From Candidatus Iainarchaeum sp. (GTDB lineage: Archaea > Iainarchaeota > Iainarchaeia > Iainarchaeales > 0-14-0-20-34-12): 9,963 bases of DNA. The position numbers and the translations under genes are program-made. The notes under the pieces are model-generated. The model was not told the DNA's origin and made no database searches. It saw only the letters and a program-made list of their open reading frames with translations. The stretch lies in contig JAUSKK010000023.1 of NCBI GenBank assembly GCA_030649345.1, forward strand, positions 1 through 9,963. The letters run 5' to 3'. Below are positions 1-7,153 of this stretch, one piece after another (position 1 is the first letter of the stretch; the number at the start of each line of letters is the position of its first letter).

Positions 1-63
1 AAGCCAATCGAAGGCAGACCTGTTTATTGCAGAGATTGTTACCAGAAACACAAAAAAGAGTAA
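1..63 (+). CDS. 3' end of a CDS cut by the window edge; zinc-ribbon-like C-terminal tail (KPIEGRPVYCRDCYQKHKKE*), resembling the second CxxC of CxxC-x17-CxxC domain proteins
   Basis: Frame 1 is open from base 1 to TAA at 61-63. The 'RPVYCRDCY' motif matches the C-terminal half of that domain family as I recall it. Only 20 codons are visible. Confidence 0.5.
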   Translation, partial: KPIEGRPVYCRDCYQKHKKE

Positions 64-66
64 TTA

Positions 67-119
67 ACCAATTTTAGTGTTTTGGTCAAATTTTATATTT
101 CTATTTCTTATTTTTTTTT
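67..119 (+). terminator. Weak stem-loop plus oligo-T tract after the upstream CDS
   Basis: ACCAA (67-71) pairs with TTGGT (82-86). T-rich runs follow, including T9 at 111-119. Archaeal termination typically uses oligo-T. Confidence 0.35.
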
Positions 120-141
120 ATTTATTCTAAAACTACGTAAA

Positions 142-150
142 CCTATATTA
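142..150 (+). promoter_or_regulatory. TATA-box-like element (CCTATATTA)
   Basis: The A/T box lies about 28-30 nt upstream of the ATG at 178. This is the same geometry seen at other leaderless genes in this window. Confidence 0.35.
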
Positions 151-284
151 ACCCCTTTAGTTATCTAATTCGTGTATATGCCTGCGCGCGTACGACCTAT
201 CCAGAACGAAGAGTTCAACCTGTACTTAGAGAAGTAACCAGTTCAAGAAGAGTTAATGTTCGAACATCTTCAGGCAGAACTCGT

Positions 285-470
285 TTGGAATTAACTCCAG
301 GTGCAAAACCAGGAACTTTAGAGTATGAAAAAGCTTTGCGAGAAAGAGCTCGATTGGCTAAAGGTCAGTTTCCAGATCGAGCAGCTGACTTGTATGCTCT
401 TGCACGAGAATCTGAACAAGCTCGAAAAGACAAAAAGCGAAATCCTTCAGGTCAAGGCAGTTTATTTTAG
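285..470 (+). CDS. Small basic hypothetical protein. Minimal ORF from TTG 285; the coding signal continues upstream to about 189 with no in-frame canonical start (see finding).
   Basis: Third codon positions are strongly A/T in this frame from about 189 to 470, matching the window's coding bias. Stop is TAG 468-470. The 5' end is unresolved. Confidence 0.5.
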   Translation: MELTPGAKPGTLEYEKALRERARLAKGQFPDRAADLYALARESEQARKDKKRNPSGQGSLF

Positions 471-482
471 TTCAGAATTACT

Positions 483-489
483 TTTTAAC
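483..489 (+). promoter_or_regulatory. TATA-like box (TTTTTAA) for ileS
   Basis: Centred about 26 nt upstream of ATG 512, with no Shine-Dalgarno between them. This suggests a leaderless mRNA. Confidence 0.3.
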
Positions 490-511
490 ACTTACTTTGT
501 AAATCTATTTT

Positions 512-3376
512 ATGTCAAAACAATTAGGAGTATATTCTTTACTTCAAGAACAAGAAGTCTTGGCTTATTGGGCTGCAAACAAAATTCCAGAAAAAGTACG
601 CACTGCCAATCATTCTTCTAAACAAAAATATTATTTCATGGACGGCCCGCCGTATGCAACTGGTTCTATTCATATGGGTACTGCTTTGAATAAAACATTA
701 AAAGATGTAGCCATTCGTTCGCGCAGAATGCAAGGCTTTCATGTATTTGACCGGCCTGGATATGATACGCATGGTGTTCCAATTGAACACAAAGTCGAAC
801 AATTATTGGGGTTTAATTCTAAAAAAGACATTGAAGGATTTGGTGTAGGAAATTTTGTTCAAAAATGCAAAGATTTTGCAACCCAACATATTGACACCAT
901 GAATGCAGAATTCAATGACTTGGGTGTCTGGATGGATTGGGAAAATCCATATTTGACTTTAAGTCCAGATTATATTGAAGCTATTTGGTATACTTTCAAA
1001 AAAGCAGACGAAAAAGGTTTATTGTATTTAGGCTCATATCCAATTCATGCATGCATGCGCTGCGAAACCGCTGTTGCCTTTAATGAAATTGAATACGAAA
1101 AACAAACGGATAATGCAGTGTATGTAAAATTTCCTTTAGTGAATGAAAAAAATACTTTTTTAGTAATTTGGACAACCACTCCTTGGAGTATTCCAGGCGT
1201 AATGGGAATCATGGCCAATCCAAAACTAGATTATGTCAAAGTTCAAGTTGGAAACGAAGTATGGATTTTAGCTAAAGCACGTTTGGAAAATTTAATGAAC
1301 CATATCAAAGTTGAACACACAATATTGGAAACTTTTAAAGGAAAAACTCTAGAAAATATTCCTTTAATGAATCCAATTAGCAAATTTTTGAATTTTAAAA
1401 AAGAAGATTTAATGAATGCGTATCGTGTTGTCTTGACTGAGCGTTATGTTAGTGCAGATGATGGAACTGGTTTGGTTACTTGTGCTCCAGGTCATGGAAA
1501 AGAAGACTATTCTGTTGGAAAAGAAAATGATTTGCCGATTGTGTGTCCTGTGGGCTTGAATGGTTTAATGACTGCAGAGGCTGGAAAATATCAAGGAAAG
1601 CAAGCCAGAATTGTGGATGCTGAAATTGTTGCAGATTTAAAAGAACTGAATGCTTTGGTTGCTGAAGAAAAATATACGCACGATTATCCGAAATGCTGGC
1701 GGTGTAAGACTGCGTTGATTTTGATTACTGCTCCGCAATGGTTTTTTAATATTAAAAAAATTCAACCCAAATTGTTAAGTGAAAATGAAACTGTTAATTG
1801 GAAACCAGAATGGATGAAGGATCGAATGAGAAATTGGCTGCAATCTTTGGGAGACTGGCCTGTTTCCAGAAAGCGTTATTGGGGTGCTCCTTTGCCTATT
1901 TGGGTTTGTGATTCTTGTAAATCTCAGAAAGTGATTGGTTCAATTGAAGAATTAAAAAAAGAAACTGGTTTGAAAGAAATTAAAGATATTCACAAGCCAT
2001 GGATTGATTCCGTGTTTTTGAAATGCAAATGTTCTGGCAAAATGACTCGTGTCCCTGAAGTCTTGGATGTCTGGTTTGATTCCGGTGTTTCCAGCTGGGG
2101 TGCTTTAATGTATCCTCAGTCTGAAAAATTATGGAAAGACTTTTGGCCAGCTGATTTTAATGTAGAAGGAACTGATCAAGTTCGTGGCTGGTGGAATTCG
2201 CAAATGATTACCAGTGTCATTACTTTTGATTCCAAGCCTTTCAAGAATGTAATGACGCATGGAATGGTTTTAGATTTAGGCAAAAAAAAGATGTCTAAAT
2301 CGAAAGGAAATGTAATTCAGCCCAAAGAAGTGATTGAAAAATATAACCGTGATTATTTGCGGTATTATTTTGTGAAAGAATCTCAAGGTACGGACATTGT
2401 GTTTGATTGGAAAATGTTTGAAGACGTCAAGCGTTTCTTTAATACTTTAAGCAATTCTTTGAATTATGCTGCTTTGTATTTGGATTTCTCGTTTACAGAA
2501 CACGAGCCCACAATCACTGCAAAATTGCAAACCGAAGATCAATGGCTTTTGAGTAGACTTACTTCAGTTACTGAAAAAGTTTTGCAAAGTTATAATTCGT
2601 ATACTTTTTTTGAAGGAATGATTGTTTTGGAAAAATTTGTAGTAGAAGATTTGTCTCGGACATACATTAAATTAATTCGCGATCGTGTAAATTCAAATTC
2701 TCGAGAAGCTGTTCAGCAAACTTTGAGTTATGTTTTAAATTCAGTGTTCCGTTTATTGTCTCCAGTCACTCCTCATTTGACTGAATATGCATTTATCCAA
2801 TTAAGAACTCCGAAAGCTAAAGAAAGTATTCATTTGCTTTCTTTGCCTCAGGTCAATTCAAAATTTTTAAATCCTGAATTGGAACAAGAATTTGCTTTAA
2901 TGTTGTCTTTAACTCAGGCTTTTTTGAGTGCCCGCGAAGAAGCCAAGCTTAGATTGCGCTGGCCTTTGGAATGCATTGCAGTTGAAAGTACTCAAGAATT
3001 TTCTTTAAAGCATACGCAAGAATTATTGGCTCGGGCAGTGAATGTGAAAAAAATAATTATAGGAAAACCTTCTTTTGTAAAACCATTTGTGAAAATGCAG
3101 GAACAATTTACTTTGTCTTTGGAAACTTTTGCATCACCTGAATTAGAAAATGAATGGGAATTTCGAGAACTGGTTAGACTTGTTCAAGATCAAAGAAAAC
3201 AAGCCAAATTAATTCCAGGTCAAGTGGTTGAATTAGAACTTTCGTGCAGTGATTCAAATTTTTTGAAAACTTTCGGAAAACAATTGGAACAAGAAACCAG
3301 CACAAAAATTGTTTCTGGAAAAGGCGAACAAACTTTGTTGTTAAAGAAAAGTTTTTATTATAAATTAAAAGTTTAA
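512..3376 (+). CDS. ileS: Isoleucine--tRNA ligase (class Ia aminoacyl-tRNA synthetase, archaeal type)
   Basis: 'GPPYATGSIHMGTALNK' is the HIGH-type motif (His codon at 671-673) in the archaeal IleRS form (PPYxxGxIHxGTAxNK). KMSKS is at 2288-2302. 'WTTTPWSIPG' is the CP1 editing-domain signature. 'DWPVSRKRYWGAPLPIW' and CxxC pairs (CMRC, CWRC, CDSC) are also present. 954 aa. Confidence 0.95.
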   Translation: MSKQLGVYSLLQEQEVLAYWAANKIPEKVRTANHSSKQKYYFMDGPPYATGSIHMGTALNKTLKDVAIRSRRMQGFHVFDRPGYDTHGVPIEHKVEQLLGFNSKKDIEGFGVGNFVQKCKDFATQHIDTMNAEFNDLGVWMDWENPYLTLSPDYIEAIWYTFKKADEKGLLYLGSYPIHACMRCETAVAFNEIEYEKQTDNAVYVKFPLVNEKNTFLVIWTTTPWSIPGVMGIMANPKLDYVKVQVGNEVWILAKARLENLMNHIKVEHTILETFKGKTLENIPLMNPISKFLNFKKEDLMNAYRVVLTERYVSADDGTGLVTCAPGHGKEDYSVGKENDLPIVCPVGLNGLMTAEAGKYQGKQARIVDAEIVADLKELNALVAEEKYTHDYPKCWRCKTALILITAPQWFFNIKKIQPKLLSENETVNWKPEWMKDRMRNWLQSLGDWPVSRKRYWGAPLPIWVCDSCKSQKVIGSIEELKKETGLKEIKDIHKPWIDSVFLKCKCSGKMTRVPEVLDVWFDSGVSSWGALMYPQSEKLWKDFWPADFNVEGTDQVRGWWNSQMITSVITFDSKPFKNVMTHGMVLDLGKKKMSKSKGNVIQPKEVIEKYNRDYLRYYFVKESQGTDIVFDWKMFEDVKRFFNTLSNSLNYAALYLDFSFTEHEPTITAKLQTEDQWLLSRLTSVTEKVLQSYNSYTFFEGMIVLEKFVVEDLSRTYIKLIRDRVNSNSREAVQQTLSYVLNSVFRLLSPVTPHLTEYAFIQLRTPKAKESIHLLSLPQVNSKFLNPELEQEFALMLSLTQAFLSAREEAKLRLRWPLECIAVESTQEFSLKHTQELLARAVNVKKIIIGKPSFVKPFVKMQEQFTLSLETFASPELENEWEFRELVRLVQDQRKQAKLIPGQVVELELSCSDSNFLKTFGKQLEQETSTKIVSGKGEQTLLLKKSFYYKLKV

Positions 3377-3392
3377 TAATTGATGGTTTTGA

Positions 3393-4538
3393 ATGAATTC
3401 TAAAATTTTAACTGCCTTAGTTGTAATCTTGATGCTGTCTTTGGGTTGTGTGAATTCTGCTCAAGAAACTGCTGAAACTCAATCACGTGAACAAAATCCG
3501 TTGTTTCATACTGTTCCAGAAGGAAGTGCTTGTGTGGATGCCCGCGGTGATTGTTTGCCTGGTTTAACTTGTGTAAATGCTGTTTGTCAAAAACCAGACA
3601 ATGTGCAAACTGCAGGGCCTATAGGGACATCATCTAACCAAGAACGATGTCGTCAAAATCAATTCAAGATGGCTTTTGTTTTGGTTGCAGATAATAATCA
3701 ACAAATAACTCCGGAAAGAATGCAAAGATTGCAAGCAATCAAAGACGTATTTCCGGAAACATTCAGTGCAGCTACATTCAACTTAGCTAGTGTGGATACT
3801 GCATATCCAATTGTTACAATCACTGGAGATCAATTAGATGATCGTGCTCCAGAAACAATTGCTAAAAAATTTTATGAATCCAATCCAGATGATTTTGATT
3901 TTATTTCAATTTTTCCAGCAGCTCCTGAATTCAGCAATCTTGCAACTTCAAATTCTCAAGTACAAAGTTTTATACAAGGGCTGGGTAAGTCTCTATTTAA
4001 TCGAAGTTCTCAGTTTGGAAGCAGCGGAAAACTTTTAAGTGTTGGATATTATCGCGATTCTCTAAGTGTTCCAACCACAGAGTCTTCAGCAGTACAAATA
4101 CTTCACGAAGCAGGACATCAATGGTGCTGTTATGTGGGTGAAAGATTTTCAACAGATCCAGCTGTACAATTAGGAATTTTGGATGATATTGAAATTCATT
4201 TTTATTCCGGGTTAAGTTCTCCGTATTCTTGCGGAGCTATTTATGGGCCAAGTTATTGGATGCCGAATGCCGATGGTACATACAATCAAAGTAAAGAATG
4301 TGCTGAATCTAGAAAATACCATCCTTTTACATTATACTTAATGGGATTATACACTAGAGAAAATTATGATTTTGATAAAAAATTTCAATTATTGAATGCA
4401 ACTTATAATGACCAAGCAGTTCCTTTCAAAGAAATAAGTATTAATGACATTATTGCAGTTGAAGGAGAACGAACTTGTGTGAATGTCGTGCCTGAAACTT
4501 CTGTAGGTCCAACTGTATCTACTTTTATTGCAGATTAA
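3393..4538 (+). CDS. Secreted or lipid-anchored protein with an N-terminal 4-Cys module and an HExxH motif; putative zinc metallopeptidase-like protein
   Basis: Signal peptide 'MNSKILTALVVILMLSLGCVNSA' with a lipobox-like LGC. C-x6-C-x5-C-x4-C module (Cys codons 3531-3587). 'LHEAGHQWCCY' HExxH at 4104-4118. Starts 16 nt after the ileS stop. Confidence 0.8.
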   Translation: MNSKILTALVVILMLSLGCVNSAQETAETQSREQNPLFHTVPEGSACVDARGDCLPGLTCVNAVCQKPDNVQTAGPIGTSSNQERCRQNQFKMAFVLVADNNQQITPERMQRLQAIKDVFPETFSAATFNLASVDTAYPIVTITGDQLDDRAPETIAKKFYESNPDDFDFISIFPAAPEFSNLATSNSQVQSFIQGLGKSLFNRSSQFGSSGKLLSVGYYRDSLSVPTTESSAVQILHEAGHQWCCYVGERFSTDPAVQLGILDDIEIHFYSGLSSPYSCGAIYGPSYWMPNADGTYNQSKECAESRKYHPFTLYLMGLYTRENYDFDKKFQLLNATYNDQAVPFKEISINDIIAVEGERTCVNVVPETSVGPTVSTFIAD

Positions 4539-4592
4539 CTTTTTGATTAAATTAGAACAAAAAAGCAACTATTTTAGTGGTAAATTAGTTTT

Positions 4593-4635
4593 TTTAGACT
4601 CCGGCAAATTACTGCGAAAGATTTTAGTCTAGACT
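4593..4635. other. Intergenic hairpin/palindrome element
   Basis: TTTAGACT (4593-4600) pairs with AGTCTAGA (4626-4633) with one G-U. It contains the perfect 10-bp palindrome AGTCTAGACT (4626-4635) and a CCGGCAAA box (4601-4608), which is also found at 8583-8590. Confidence 0.4.
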
Positions 4636-4646
4636 GAATTGATATG

Positions 4647-4659
4647 TATATATATATAT
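4647..4659 (+). promoter_or_regulatory. (TA)n dinucleotide repeat acting as a probable TATA box
   Basis: TATATATATATAT is centred 26 nt upstream of ATG 4679, with no SD in between. Confidence 0.45.
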
Positions 4660-4678
4660 GTTTTCAAATTAGTTTAAT

Positions 4679-5293
4679 ATGGACGAAACTAGCGAAATTA
4701 TTTATCAATCAAAAGTGCGCGGATTTACTGGCTCTCCAAAAGGCACTGCTCAAATTGTAATAACTTTTGGAATTATTTTTGGTTTCATTCAAGGTATTTT
4801 ATTACTTTTTGATACTTTTGGGTATTATGCTCAAGTAGGTTTTTCAAAGGCTCCTTTAATGGTTTTGTTGCTAAATGGAGTTTTATTTGTTCTAACATTA
4901 TTATTTGGATTTGCAATTTTGATTTCATTAATGCCAAAAAAGCTAAAGATGTATGCGACTGGTATTGCAGCCAGTTATCCACCTGCAAAAACTAATTTCT
5001 TTGAATGGTCTGAGATAGAATCTATATCTGTGTCGAATTTACAAACTATTGTCATAGATGGTCTGAACAATAAAATAAGTATTATTCCAGTTGAAAGCGT
5101 TCCTGAATTTTTAAAAGCATTAAAAAAGACTGGCAATTTGAATAAATTTAATTTACAAAAAACACTAGCCCGACCGGATTTCAAACTGTCTGCGTCACTG
5201 GGGGCTGCAGGAGCTGGACTTTATGGTATTCAACAAGGGCAAAAACAATACAAGGAATTAATAGACCAAATTAAAGAAATATTGGAAAAATAA
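4679..5293 (+). CDS. Hypothetical membrane protein (two TM helices plus a soluble domain of about 100 aa)
   Basis: Hydrophobic segments 'IVITFGIIFGFIQGILLLF' and 'LMVLLLNGVLFVLTLLFGFAILISLM'. A/T-biased third positions. The antisense ORFs here are shadows. Confidence 0.8.
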   Translation: MDETSEIIYQSKVRGFTGSPKGTAQIVITFGIIFGFIQGILLLFDTFGYYAQVGFSKAPLMVLLLNGVLFVLTLLFGFAILISLMPKKLKMYATGIAASYPPAKTNFFEWSEIESISVSNLQTIVIDGLNNKISIIPVESVPEFLKALKKTGNLNKFNLQKTLARPDFKLSASLGAAGAGLYGIQQGQKQYKELIDQIKEILEK

Positions 5294-5325
5294 AATTAAG
5301 AAGATACAGTCTAATTGTTTTTCTT

Positions 5326-5502
5326 TTAAAGCCCAGTTGCTTTAAGCCAAATAATAGCTCCGCAGAAAATAACTGCTAAAACCAATATGAATATAGGAGA
5401 TAGTTTTAAGTTGGTTTTATCTGAATCGCTGAATCGCATGATTCCAATAGCACTGCTGGGTCCAGAGGTTCCAGATGACTTTGATTTGTTTAATTTAACC
5501 AT
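5326..5502 (-). CDS. secG: Preprotein translocase subunit Sec61-beta (archaeal SecG)
   Basis: From the internal ATG at 5502: 'MVKLNKSKSSGTSGPSSAIGIMRFSD...LSPIFILVLAVIFCGAIIWL'. This is the characteristic 'SSAGLMRY/F' motif plus a C-terminal tail-anchor TM. The ORF-track start at 5556 adds 18 unlikely residues. Confidence 0.85.
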   Translation of the reverse strand: MVKLNKSKSSGTSGPSSAIGIMRFSDSDKTNLKLSPIFILVLAVIFCGAIIWLKATGL

Positions 5503-5510
5503 TTGATTAC

Positions 5511-5518
5511 CTATATAG
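5511..5518. promoter_or_regulatory. Palindromic TATA-like box (CTATATAG) in the divergent secG / 5569 intergenic region
   Basis: Lies about 50 nt upstream of ATG 5569. That ATG has an AAAGGT SD-like element at 5556-5560. Which strand the box serves is not resolvable. Confidence 0.3.
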
Positions 5519-5568
5519 TTATTAATTCTAAATGAATTTAAATTAGTAAGATACAAAGGTTTTATGAT

Positions 5569-6609
5569 ATGGCCGAAAGCACTAAAATGATTTTAACTCG
5601 ATTGTTTGTTTTGTTTATTTTAATGTTTGGCTTGTTATTGGTTTTAACTTGGACCAATACAATCAAATGCAAGTCTTTGTTAGGTTGGTGTGATATTTAT
5701 TATTCTATGAAAGGCCTTCCCAAGACAGCCATAGTGTATGGCGTAGATGGTTTAGGAGATCCTTTTTTGCTACAAATTTTGTTAGAATCTAGAATAGATG
5801 GAGTTGGAATCAAGCCTGCTTTGCTGGAATTAGATTCTTTGGCTTTAGGTAATCTCAAACAATATGAATTGGTGTATGTAACGCGTGCTCGCAGTATGTC
5901 TACGGAGAAAATGAAAATGTTTGTAGACTTTGCCAATCAAGGCGGAAAATTAATTTGGACAGGTGATGCAGGAACTTCTTTGGGTGTAGGTTATCCGTAT
6001 ACCATTCGTTCCAAGCATGATTTGGTTACAGATAAACAAAAACTAGAAGTTGAAGAAAATTATTTATTTAAAGACGAAGTAACTGGTGCTGATCAAAATA
6101 CTCCGCATGAAGTCATTAATCCTTGGGCCCGCAAATTGAATGGAAAACAAGTACGCTTAGACCAGTTATTGTCCATTACTTATGAAGATAATTATTGCAG
6201 ACTAAAAGAATGCTTTTTGAATATTGAAAATTGTTATGCTCGTATTAGCAATGTTAGTTCTGACCATCCTTTGGTTCAATCCATTCGTTCTGATTTGCCT
6301 TTTTGTTTTTTTGTAAGCTCAGATGTTAACAAAGATTTTGCAGTTGTAACTTTATTGTCTTCTCGTCCTGTGACTTCTTTAATGACTGTAAACTTTGCTG
6401 GTCCATTAATTGTTCAAGGAAAAACCTATGGGAAAAATTTGCCTTTAATTATCTCCAGTTCTAAATCTCATTTGTTTGGAACCAATATTGGAGAAAATGT
6501 TGCATACTATGCTTTGCCAGTAGAATATTTTGCCAATCCTGATTTAGTTAAAAATCATCGATACTTTGATTTAGTTCAAAATTCTTATTTAGGAATGATT
6601 TATGGTTAG
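5569..6609 (+). CDS. Membrane-anchored hypothetical protein; paralogue of 7154-8002; possible class-I glutamine-amidotransferase-like / ThuA / DUF4350-like fold
   Basis: N-terminal signal anchor 'ILTRLFVLFILMFGLLLVLTW'. Motifs 'TAIVYG', 'LKQYELVYV', 'FVDFANQGGKLIWTGDAG' (5938-5973) and 'DHPLVQSI' (6262-) are collinear with the equivalent motifs in 7154-8002. Confidence 0.85.
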   Translation: MAESTKMILTRLFVLFILMFGLLLVLTWTNTIKCKSLLGWCDIYYSMKGLPKTAIVYGVDGLGDPFLLQILLESRIDGVGIKPALLELDSLALGNLKQYELVYVTRARSMSTEKMKMFVDFANQGGKLIWTGDAGTSLGVGYPYTIRSKHDLVTDKQKLEVEENYLFKDEVTGADQNTPHEVINPWARKLNGKQVRLDQLLSITYEDNYCRLKECFLNIENCYARISNVSSDHPLVQSIRSDLPFCFFVSSDVNKDFAVVTLLSSRPVTSLMTVNFAGPLIVQGKTYGKNLPLIISSSKSHLFGTNIGENVAYYALPVEYFANPDLVKNHRYFDLVQNSYLGMIYG

Positions 6610-6614
6610 GTGAT
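6608..6614 (+). promoter_or_regulatory. Shine-Dalgarno (AGGTGAT) for the 6620 CDS, overlapping the stop of the upstream CDS
   Basis: The TAG stop at 6607-6609 is embedded in 'TAGGTGAT'. There is a 5-6 nt spacer to ATG 6620. Confidence 0.6.
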
Positions 6615-6619
6615 GTGAA

Positions 6620-7027
6620 ATGAAAAAACCAGTTACTCGAAAAATTGCTCCAGTTCAAAGAAAAAAACCAGTTAATAATCGCAGAGTTCATGGCGGTAAT
6701 TTAAGCCTTAGATTAACTAGATCAAGTTCAAAATCCGGTGAAGTGTATTCTGCTAATCCATATTATACTGCTGTAAAATCAACGCGTTCTGGCAGTCGCA
6801 TATTTCAAGAAGGTTCAGCTAGACGTTTAAGTGATCGCAGATCATTTTTGAAGTTTTTGCGTTCTCATAATTTGAAATTAGATTCTTTGGGCCATTTGAG
6901 ATTTATTAAAGCCACGCGAAGCAATGCAGCGAATACTGTTTTTCGACCAGCAAATGACAAGCATAATGTTTTTATAAAACTGCAAGATTGGCTGCAAAGA
7001 TATGGTCCAAAAAAGCAAAAAAAGTAA
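6620..7027 (+). CDS. Very basic small hypothetical protein (135 aa, Arg/Lys/Ser-rich)
   Basis: Strong SD. Open frame with A/T third positions. N-terminal 'APVQRKKPVNNRRVH' motif is shared with two other ORFs in the window. No recognisable family. Confidence 0.7.
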   Translation: MKKPVTRKIAPVQRKKPVNNRRVHGGNLSLRLTRSSSKSGEVYSANPYYTAVKSTRSGSRIFQEGSARRLSDRRSFLKFLRSHNLKLDSLGHLRFIKATRSNAANTVFRPANDKHNVFIKLQDWLQRYGPKKQKK

Positions 7028-7153
7028 AGCTTTTAAATAACTAAAGCTTATAATTGTCATTAATAGTAGTATATGGCAGGCAATCCAAAAGAATAAAAAG
7101 GAGTGCAACCATATAATATTAACAGATTAATTGAAAAAAATGAATAAATACGT

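Noticed and set aside
178-237. 19-codon ORF (MPARVRPIQNEEFNLYLEK*) as an independent small gene
   Set aside because: Its codons mostly end in G/C, unlike every credible gene in the window. It is better explained as the displaced 5' end of the 141-470 coding frame.
178-470. A locally GC-richer stretch, open in two frames, in an AT-rich genome. I considered a structural RNA such as SRP/7S RNA (about 300 nt; 'GGTCAG...GAGCAGCTGAC' hairpin at 363-389, 'CAGGTCAAGGCAG' at 447-459).
   Set aside because: There is a clear three-base periodicity with A/T-ending codons in one frame across the region. The ends show no long-range pairing, and there are no canonical SRP helix-8 or RNase P conserved motifs. 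The G+C excess is explained by Ala/Arg/Gly/Pro-rich coding.
325-621. 98-aa ORF overlapping the end of the small basic gene and the start of ileS
   Set aside because: It overlaps two better-supported frames. The protein is low-complexity and hydrophobic and looks like nonsense. The frame lacks the third-position bias, and there are no start signals.
3838-4038. 66-aa alternate-frame ORF inside the 3393-4538 CDS
   Set aside because: It is fully nested in a longer ORF that has signal peptide and HExxH features. It looks like a chance open frame in AT-rich sequence.
4785-5184. Two antisense ORFs (67 and 69 aa) opposite the 4679-5293 CDS
   Set aside because: These are shadow ORFs with no independent start signals. 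The sense frame encodes coherent TM helices.
5700-5936. 78-aa antisense ORF inside 5569-6609
   Set aside because: It is a shadow ORF. The sense strand has paralogue support from 7154-8002.
7025-7050. Repeated TAAAGCTT / CTAAAGCTTA (7025-7032 and 7041-7050, also 9952-9961 at the window end)
   Set aside because: AAGCTT-containing strings are frequent throughout the window (for example near 330, 2944, 9034, 9175 and 9870). Short A/T-rich matches next to TAA stops are expected by chance.
6878-7108. 76-aa minus-strand ORF (TTG start) overlapping the 3' end of the 6620 CDS
   Set aside because: It is mostly antisense to a gene with a strong SD. Its hydrophobic, Phe/Leu-rich product is the typical reverse-complement artefact of Lys-rich coding.
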